NCBI GenBank assembly: GCA_033763905.1
Contig: JANRJP010000041.1
Location: forward strand, 1 to 12,567
From: Gemmatimonadaceae bacterium
Lineage (GTDB): Bacteria; Gemmatimonadota; Gemmatimonadetes; Gemmatimonadales; Gemmatimonadaceae
DNA length: 12,567 nucleotides
Direction of reading: 5' to 3'
Both the position numbers and the translations under genes were made by a program. The notes beneath the pieces are model-generated. The model saw only the letters and a list, made by a program, of their open reading frames with translations, was not told where the DNA came from and did not search any database. How positions within the stretch are numbered: the stretch's first letter is position 1; every line of letters starts with the position of its first letter. Shown in pieces: positions 6,936 to 12,567 of this stretch.

Positions 6936-9002
6936 TCAACTCACCGGCTTCGTCACCGGCTTCTTCCAGCTGTTGTTCTCGCGCTTGACGTCGGCGAACA
7001 TATCATCGGGATCGAGCACGACCTCGACGATCTCCTTGTTGCCGAAGAAGCCGTAGGTGAACTCCCGCTCGTTCCGACGCCAGATGTCCGCCGGCAGCGG
7101 AATCCGCTCCTTGGTGCCGTCCGCGTAGGTCACTTCCAGTTCGGCCGGCATCACGAGCCCGCCTTCCTGTCGGATCGTGATGCGATTGTACTTCGAGCCG
7201 CGCGTCGAGTCGCCCGCCAATGCGCCGGCGTCCTGCTGCTCGACATTGCCGATCGCCTGATCGTTCGTGTAGGTGGTGTTGAACCACCCGCGCCAGAACC
7301 AGTTGAGCTGCTCGCCGGCCCCGTCTTCGATCGAGCGGAAGAAGTCCGCCGGCTGCGGCTTCTTGAACATCCAGCGCTGCGAATACTCCCGGAACGTCTG
7401 ATCAAACGCGGCGGGGCCGATGATCTTCTCGCGCAGCATCACCAGTCCGCTCGCGGGCTTGGTGTAGCCGTTGGCGCCGAAGGATCCGCGCACGTTCAAG
7501 TCCGACTCGGCGGTGATCGGCACCATCCCCGCGCGCTTCATATAGCCGACGATGTTCGCCGGACGGCCCGGCAGCTCGTCCTGCGGCCACTTGGGATCGA
7601 ACTCCAGCGAGGCGTAGTGCTCGAGGTACGAGTTGAGCCCTTCGTCCATCCACGTGTGCTTGCGCTCGTCGCTCGCGACGATCATCGGGAACCAATTGTG
7701 CCCGACTTCGTGGATCGTCACCGCCGCCAGCGCGTACTCCAGCGACTTGTCGTAGGTCCCGTCCGGCCGGGGCCGCGCGCCGCAAAAGGCGATCATCGGG
7801 TACTCCATCCCGAAGACGGCGCCGTGCACGTTGCTCGCCTGCGGGTAGGGATACTCGAACGCCAGCCGTCCGTACGTCACCATCGTCTGCTTGATCGCCA
7901 ACGTGGAGATCTTGTTCCACAGCGGCATCGCCTCGCGCGGGTACACCGAGTGCAGTTCAATCAGCCGGCCGCCGGGCTTGTACCGGAAGCCCATCGCGTC
8001 CCACACCAGGCCGCGCGACGACGCCCACGCGAAGTCGCGCACTCGGTCGGCCTTGAAGCGCCACGTCAGTGCGCCGTTCCCCGCCGGCCGCGACTCGGTG
8101 GTGCCCACCTCCTCCGGTCGCACGATGTACACCGGCGATTCGCTGGACCACGCGGAGGTTAGGCGTGACTGCTGCGTGCTCGTCAGCACCTGTGTCGGGT
8201 TGGTCAGGGCGCCGGTGGCACGGACGATGTGATCACGAGGCACCGTGATGCTCACGTCGTAGTTGCCGAATTCGAGATAGAACTCGCCCTGACCCAGAAA
8301 CTGGTCGGTCTGCCAGCCGTTGACGTCGTCGTAGACCGCGGCGCGCGGGAACCACTGCGCATTCTCGTACAGCCAGCCGTCCTTGAGCTTCTCGCGCACC
8401 CCACGGCCGTTGCGGCCGCTCTCCGGCACGACGTGCGTCCACTCGATCTCGATCGTCGCGGCCTGACCCGTACCGATCGCGGCCTCGAGATCGACCCGCA
8501 TCTGCGTGCCGTTGATGCGATACGCCGCCGGCGTCTTCTTGCCGGTGGCATCGACCAGGCGGACGGCGCCGATCGTGTACCCGCCCGGCGTCGGCGAGCC
8601 CAACAGGAAGCGCCGCGCCTGCGGGGAGATCGTCTTCGGCAGCGCCCCGGCCGACAGCGCCGCGCGCGAATCCTTGGCTTCAATGTTCTGGTCGAGCTGG
8701 AACCACAGATAGCTCAGCTTGTCGGGCGAGTTGTTGCGATACGTCACGCGTTCACTGCCGCGCAGGCGATGCTCGGTTGTGTCGAGCGCCACCTGAATGA
8801 CGTAGTCCACCTGCTGCTGCCAGTACTTGCTGCCCGGTGCGCCGGAGGCCGAGCGCATTTCGTTCGGTGCGGGCCAGTCTTCCAACGGGCGGAAGTTCGA
8901 CTGATTCTGCCGCTTGGTCGTGTCGGCGTTGAGCCAGACTTGAGCCGACACCGGGGCGACGCTCCCAGCGAGCAGCAGGGCGGCAAGGGCGAGCACACGC
9001 AT
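6936..9002 (-). CDS. Exported M1-family zinc metallopeptidase (aminopeptidase)
   Basis: Start revised from 9755 to ATG at 9002 (MRVLALAALLLAGSVAPVSA-Q signal peptide, 688 aa). GMEYP exopeptidase motif and HEVGH followed by WMDEG (HEXXH-X18-E). N-terminal YWQQ.VDY.I motif. Confidence 0.93.
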   Translation of the reverse strand: MRVLALAALLLAGSVAPVSAQVWLNADTTKRQNQSNFRPLEDWPAPNEMRSASGAPGSKYWQQQVDYVIQVALDTTEHRLRGSERVTYRNNSPDKLSYLWFQLDQNIEAKDSRAALSAGALPKTISPQARRFLLGSPTPGGYTIGAVRLVDATGKKTPAAYRINGTQMRVDLEAAIGTGQAATIEIEWTHVVPESGRNGRGVREKLKDGWLYENAQWFPRAAVYDDVNGWQTDQFLGQGEFYLEFGNYDVSITVPRDHIVRATGALTNPTQVLTSTQQSRLTSAWSSESPVYIVRPEEVGTTESRPAGNGALTWRFKADRVRDFAWASSRGLVWDAMGFRYKPGGRLIELHSVYPREAMPLWNKISTLAIKQTMVTYGRLAFEYPYPQASNVHGAVFGMEYPMIAFCGARPRPDGTYDKSLEYALAAVTIHEVGHNWFPMIVASDERKHTWMDEGLNSYLEHYASLEFDPKWPQDELPGRPANIVGYMKRAGMVPITAESDLNVRGSFGANGYTKPASGLVMLREKIIGPAAFDQTFREYSQRWMFKKPQPADFFRSIEDGAGEQLNWFWRGWFNTTYTNDQAIGNVEQQDAGALAGDSTRGSKYNRITIRQEGGLVMPAELEVTYADGTKERIPLPADIWRRNEREFTYGFFGNKEIVEVVLDPDDMFADVKRENNSWKKPVTKPVS

Positions 9003-9127
9003 ACAAAAAGGGGGCAGGGGAGAGGCCGACGTCGCGGTCCGACCGAAGACGGCAGATGAAACGCTACTCTCAATAAGCCACCGCTGCTGGCACTCTTCAA
9101 GCGGGCCGGCGACGCGGGCTGCCGCGC

Positions 9128-9517
9128 TCAGCCGTCCGACGCCGATCCCGACGCGGCGCTTGCCGCCATCGCGAGCCCCGGCACGACGAACACGAGGAAG
9201 AACCAGTTCCCCCGTTGCGCGATGATCGTCGCGATGCCGAACAGCGCGTAGCCTCCGCCAAGGATCCGCATCGGCCACGGTGATTCGGCCTTGCCGCGCC
9301 ACGTCACCCACGCGGCGCGAAGCCCGAGGATGCCGAAGACTGCCATCGCCGCGCTGCCGAAGAGCCATCCGGCCGCCATCGCGCGAATCAGCTCCGCGTC
9401 GGCCCCAGCCTCCGCGAGCGCCGCGCGCTGTACTGGCCATCCGCCGGCGCCGTGCGCCAGTGCGCTGACCAGTACGAACAGCGATGCTACACCACCCACG
9501 ATCGACCGCGCACGCAT
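9128..9517 (-). CDS. Hypothetical membrane protein, about 4 TM
   Basis: From ATG 9517, 129 aa (MRARSIVGGVASLFVLVSALAHG...) with four hydrophobic segments. Fits the gap between the MOSC and M1 genes on the same strand and has a promoter-like sequence directly upstream. Confidence 0.75.
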   Translation of the reverse strand: MRARSIVGGVASLFVLVSALAHGAGGWPVQRAALAEAGADAELIRAMAAGWLFGSAAMAVFGILGLRAAWVTWRGKAESPWPMRILGGGYALFGIATIIAQRGNWFFLVFVVPGLAMAASAASGSASDG

Positions 9518-9522
9518 TCCGC

Positions 9523-9551
9523 AGTCTGCGGCGAAACGGCGCGACTGTCCA
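9523..9551 (-). promoter_or_regulatory. Candidate promoter for a leaderless transcript of the 4-TM gene
   Basis: Minus strand TGGACA (9551-9546), 17-bp spacer, CAGACT (9528-9523), 5 nt, then ATG at 9517. No SD. Confidence 0.5.
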
Positions 9552-9585
9552 GCGCGATGGGACGATCCGTGGCCCGCGACCGGCG

Positions 9586-10320
9586 CTACGTCGCCGGCGA
9601 CGCGTACACCGCGGCCCCCACCCGGACTCGGCCCGGCCGAACCACCGTGCCATAGATGCCCGCGCAGGTGCCGTGCGATTGCACCAAGCCCTTGAGCAAT
9701 TGCGGTGCGGCCTCTGCCGTGTCGGGGTCGTGGTTGACCATCGCGCATCGGACATCCCGATGCGTGACGAACACGGCAGGGGCGTCGTGCGCGTCGCCGA
9801 AGGTCAGCACCTGACCCACGAAGCGGTCCTCGGCGAATGCGGTCGCGCCGGCGAGATCAAGCACGACGTTGGGGCGAAAGCGGCGGGGGTCGGCCGGAAG
9901 CCCGGCGGCCTCGCAGAGGGCCTGCGCGGTCGCAGCCGAGATGATCGACATCGGCGCGTCGTCGAAAATCCCGCGATCCAGGTGCGTCATTTCGACGGCG
10001 ATGCCGGCTCGGCGTCCCACGACGTCGCAGAGCGCGGGATCGAACAGCGCGAAGCGATCGCCGTCAGGCGTGATGATGTGCGTTGGCAGCGCCTCGCCGT
10101 CATCGCGCGCGTCACGCACCGGTGCGTAACGGAGCAACTCGGGCAGTCGGGAGGCCGTCAGCCACGGGAATCCGCCGCGGTCGTCGAGGCGCCGCAAGGC
10201 CAAGCGCCGATCGCCCGCGACGCCGTGCCAGCCCAACGCAACGTCCTCGAGCGATTCCCCTCGCATCGATTTCACCGGATACCGCACGAGCGCCGAGACG
10301 GCACCGATCTCCGTGGGCAT
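9586..10320 (-). CDS. MOSC-domain protein (YcbX/mARC-like molybdenum-cofactor protein)
   Basis: RYPVKSMRGE and GDRR in the N-terminal barrel, DPRRFRPN, the conserved Cys in VRCAMVNHDPDT, and GIYGTVVRPGRVRVG. SD GGAGGGG upstream of ATG 10320. 244 aa with no ferredoxin domain. Confidence 0.92.
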   Translation of the reverse strand: MPTEIGAVSALVRYPVKSMRGESLEDVALGWHGVAGDRRLALRRLDDRGGFPWLTASRLPELLRYAPVRDARDDGEALPTHIITPDGDRFALFDPALCDVVGRRAGIAVEMTHLDRGIFDDAPMSIISAATAQALCEAAGLPADPRRFRPNVVLDLAGATAFAEDRFVGQVLTFGDAHDAPAVFVTHRDVRCAMVNHDPDTAEAAPQLLKGLVQSHGTCAGIYGTVVRPGRVRVGAAVYASPAT

Positions 10321-10343
10321 CGCCAACCCCTCCGCTTGCAAGA

Positions 10344-10371
10344 TGACGGTAAATATACAAATTTAGCGTCA
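10344..10371. promoter_or_regulatory. Inverted repeat, candidate operator for the CGNR/ABATE regulator
   Basis: TGACGGTAAAT-ATACAA-ATTTAGCGTCA, 11-bp arms with 10 of 11 complementary and a 6-bp spacer, in the 54-bp divergent gap. Confidence 0.72.
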
Positions 10372-10380
10372 CGTATGCAA
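10352..10380 (-). promoter_or_regulatory. Sigma70-type promoter for the MOSC gene
   Basis: Minus strand TTGCAT (10380-10375), 17-bp spacer, TATATT (10357-10352), upstream of the SD and ATG 10320. Confidence 0.68.
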
Positions 10381-10905
10381 CCAGTCGAATTGCCACTGCT
10401 CGGCGAACCCGCAGCGGTGGAGCTTGCGAATACGCGCTATGGATCGGGGGTGGACGCCTTCGACTTCCTGGCGGATCCTCGGCACGCAGCCGCGTGGCTG
10501 CGGCACGTCGTGGGGGCGACGCGAATCGACGATCTCGCCGCACTGCGCGCGCTTCGCGATGCCGCGCATCGGGCAATCGACGCCCGGGTGCGCGGGCACG
10601 CGCTGCGGCCCGCCGACATTGCCACGATCAATCGGCACGCCGCCGACGCCCAGGCGGCGGCCGAGCTCCTGATGGCCGCGGATGGCACGCTGTCGTCCAC
10701 GATCCGCTTTCGCGGCGCGTCCGCCGTCCGCGCGCGACTGGCGATGTCGTGCATCGAAGTGCTCACGGGGCCGCATCCGCTGCGGCGCTGCGAGGGGGAC
10801 GGCTGCGGGCTCTTCTTCGTGCAGCAGCACGGACGGCGACGCTTCTGCGCCGACGACTGCAGTCATCGCGTCCGGCAACAACGCTATCGGAGGCGCCTCT
10901 CGTGA
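10375..10905 (+). CDS. ABATE-domain / CGNR zinc-finger protein, putative transcription regulator
   Basis: Start revised from 9484 to ATG 10375 (176 aa). GEPAAVELANT..D.LAD...AAAWL (ABATE), LRALRDA, and C-terminal LRRCEGDGCGLFF...RRRFCADDCSHRVRQQRYRRR with four Cys. CSHR stands in place of CGNR. Confidence 0.9.
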   Translation: MQPVELPLLGEPAAVELANTRYGSGVDAFDFLADPRHAAAWLRHVVGATRIDDLAALRALRDAAHRAIDARVRGHALRPADIATINRHAADAQAAAELLMAADGTLSSTIRFRGASAVRARLAMSCIEVLTGPHPLRRCEGDGCGLFFVQQHGRRRFCADDCSHRVRQQRYRRRLS

Positions 10906-11636
10906 GCGCGTTCTACACCACCTTGGCCAACTGGTGGCCGGTCATCTCGCCCGTCGAGGAGTACGCCGCCGAGGCGGACGACCTGCGCCGCATCCTCGCC
11001 GCGCACCATCCGTCGGCCGCCACACTGCTGGAACTCGGCAGCGGGGGCGGGCACGTCGCGTTCTACCTGCGCCGGCACTACGACTGCGTGCTCACCGATC
11101 TGAGCGCCGAGATGTTGGCGGTCTCGCAGCGCATCAATCCCGAGTGCGAGCATCGGCAGGCCGATATGCGTGCCCTCGACCTCGGGCGCCGCTTCGATGT
11201 CGTGCTCGCGCACGACGCGATCGACTATATGACGACCGAGGCCGATCTCGAGGCGGTGGCGGCGACGGCGTGGCGGCACCTGCACGCCGGCGGGCTCGTC
11301 GTACTGTTGCCGGACGCCGTCGCCGAGACCTATGCGCCGGGGACCGACGTGTCCGGGAGCGAACACCCCGACGGCCGCGCCGCCCGACTCTTCGAGTGGA
11401 ACGAGCCGCTCGCACCCGGCGCGACCCAGGTCGCTGTGCACTACGCGTTTCTGCTGCGCGCGGCCGACGGCACGATGCAGTCAGTGTACGAGCGGCACGA
11501 GACCGGGGTGTTTCCGAGCCGCACGTGGGAGCGCGCGCTGGCCGCGCAGGGCTTTGAGGTCAGCGTGGAACACGAGCGGACGACCGATGAGCGCGAGCCG
11601 AGGCTAGCATTCATCGGGCGGAAGCCGGTGGACTGA
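10902..11636 (+). CDS. Class I SAM-dependent methyltransferase
   Basis: GTG at 10902 overlaps the upstream TGA (GTGA). 244 aa with motif I LLELGSGGG, TDLSAEML, ADMRALDLGRRFDVVL and HLHAGG. Substrate unknown. Confidence 0.9.
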   Translation: MSAFYTTLANWWPVISPVEEYAAEADDLRRILAAHHPSAATLLELGSGGGHVAFYLRRHYDCVLTDLSAEMLAVSQRINPECEHRQADMRALDLGRRFDVVLAHDAIDYMTTEADLEAVAATAWRHLHAGGLVVLLPDAVAETYAPGTDVSGSEHPDGRAARLFEWNEPLAPGATQVAVHYAFLLRAADGTMQSVYERHETGVFPSRTWERALAAQGFEVSVEHERTTDEREPRLAFIGRKPVD

Positions 11637-11648
11637 GCAAGGCGTTCG

Positions 11649-12263
11649 TTAGCGAAACCGCAGTTCGAGCCCGATCGGCACGAACCACATCCCCCCCCGA
11701 CGGGAGTTCGCCCGCATCACGTCACCCGAGAGCCAGACCGGGGAGCTGGAGCCCCCGAGTGGGAGCGCTGCCCCGATGCGCCAGCCAAAGGCGGAGGTTC
11801 TCGAGAGCGAATCTAGGGGGGGCTGCGCGGTCGGGCCGATCGCCAGCGGTGCCTCCGCGTGGAGATACGTTGGCCCAGCACGCAGGCGCAATGGCGACGA
11901 CGAGAACGGCTGCGCTTCGAGGGCGACATTGGCGCCGACCATCGACGTCGCGGGGGCCGCCGTGTTGTCCAGCAACGGCGAGAGCGCGACGGACCGAATG
12001 ATGTCGCTGGTCCGAACGCTCGCCACGGAGCCGTCAAGGCGGAGCGTGAGTCGTGGCCTCAGCCGAAACCCTGCCGCACCCGTCAGCTGCGTGCCCGGCC
12101 GCTGCTGTGGTTGGTCACGGCCGAAACGCGTGAGCGACGCTGGTCCGGCGCTGACGCCGAACGTCACCGGCGGGTCCTGCCGTGCAGCGGATTGCGCCTC
12201 CGCCGTCGCGGCAAGCGCGCCTGACATAGTGAGCACAACGGCCAGTCGCGGAAAGGTCGTCAT
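11649..12263 (-). CDS. Exported hypothetical protein, probable small outer-membrane beta-barrel
   Basis: From ATG 12263: signal peptide MTTFPRLAVVLTMSGALAATAEA-Q, alternating amphipathic strands (VTFGVSAG, LTLRLDGSV, LRLRAGPTY, FGWRIGAAL, VWLSGDV) and a C-terminal beta-signal-like FVPIGLELRFR. Confidence 0.7.
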   Translation of the reverse strand: MTTFPRLAVVLTMSGALAATAEAQSAARQDPPVTFGVSAGPASLTRFGRDQPQQRPGTQLTGAAGFRLRPRLTLRLDGSVASVRTSDIIRSVALSPLLDNTAAPATSMVGANVALEAQPFSSSPLRLRAGPTYLHAEAPLAIGPTAQPPLDSLSRTSAFGWRIGAALPLGGSSSPVWLSGDVMRANSRRGGMWFVPIGLELRFR

Positions 12264-12352
12264 CGCGTACGCTCGTCTTGGGTGGTGGATGGGCGGTTGT
12301 CGCCGTACTACCAACAGGCTGCGCTCCGTGTTCCGCGCGAGATCAGATGGGG

Positions 12353-12567
12353 TCAGTCCAAATCGAAGTGCAGCACGTCCTCCCGCCGGCCCAGCTTGGT
12401 GTACAGCGCCACCGCCGGCGCGTCGACGGGATCGGCCTGCACGAACACCACCCAGGCGCCCCGCGACTCGCCGACGCGCTGCAGTTCGCGAATCATCGCG
12501 GTGGCGATGCCCCGTCGTCGATACGCCGCATCGACGGCGAGATCATACAGGTAGATCTCGGATCGCG
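12353..12567 (-). CDS. AAC(3)-I-like aminoglycoside N-acetyltransferase (GNAT), C-terminal 70 aa only; 5' end is outside the window
   Basis: Not in the ORF track. Hand translation gives [70 protein letters not shown], with TGA at 12355-12353. GNAT motif A RRRGIA, plus SEIY.YDLAV, VQAD and [16 protein letters not shown] segments as recalled from AAC(3)-Ia. Confidence 0.88.
   Translation of the reverse strand, partial: RSEIYLYDLAVDAAYRRRGIATAMIRELQRVGESRGAWVVFVQADPVDAPAVALYTKLGRREDVLHFDLD

Noticed and set aside
9003..9755. 251-aa Arg-rich extension of the M1 peptidase in the 939-aa ORF
   Set aside because: Overlaps the 4-TM and MOSC genes in other frames. A clean signal peptide begins at ATG 9002.
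9484..10374. Apparent 473-aa fusion protein ending in the CGNR domain
   Set aside because: The extension is the antisense shadow of MOSC. The ABATE domain starts right after ATG 10375.
10494..10901. N-terminal extension of the methyltransferase in the 380-aa ORF
   Set aside because: Out-of-frame overlap with the CGNR gene and low-complexity Arg/Ala/Gly sequence. The GTGA-coupled start at 10902 fits better.
12264..12352. Possible attC site after the aac(3)-I-like gene
   Set aside because: No RYYYAAC...GTTRRRY pair or long imperfect hairpin in the 89-bp gap, and no integrase in the window.
1..12567. CRISPR arrays, tRNA/rRNA, IS elements, prophage or defence genes
   Set aside because: No regularly spaced repeats, transposase or integrase motifs, or RNA-gene signatures were seen. 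Intergenic gaps are all about 125 bp or shorter.

Overview
GC-rich bacterial chromosomal segment. The exported proteins resemble those of Gemmatimonadota, but that is inference only. I call 13 CDSs and find no RNA genes, CRISPR arrays or mobile elements. Left to right: a partial MarR regulator divergent from a DoxX membrane protein; a trehalose locus in which a minus-strand operon (membrane-anchored otsA-like synthase, otsB, MarR) is divergent from a GH15 trehalase-like hydrolase; an exported YHS-domain protein; an exported M1 metallopeptidase; a small 4-TM protein; a MOSC protein divergent from an ABATE/CGNR zinc-finger regulator plus SAM methyltransferase; a small putative beta-barrel outer-membrane protein; and the 3' end of an AAC(3)-I-like acetyltransferase. 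The most striking item is the trehalose-6-phosphate synthase, whose intact GT20 domain follows a receptor-like TM / extracytoplasmic domain / TM / HAMP-like module. It shares a compact divergent promoter and a 12-bp palindrome with the hydrolase. Candidate operators are also readable for the MarR/DoxX and CGNR/MOSC pairs. Several ORF-track starts are over-extended, and the two edge genes are missing from the track. Family assignments come from recalled motifs, not database searches.
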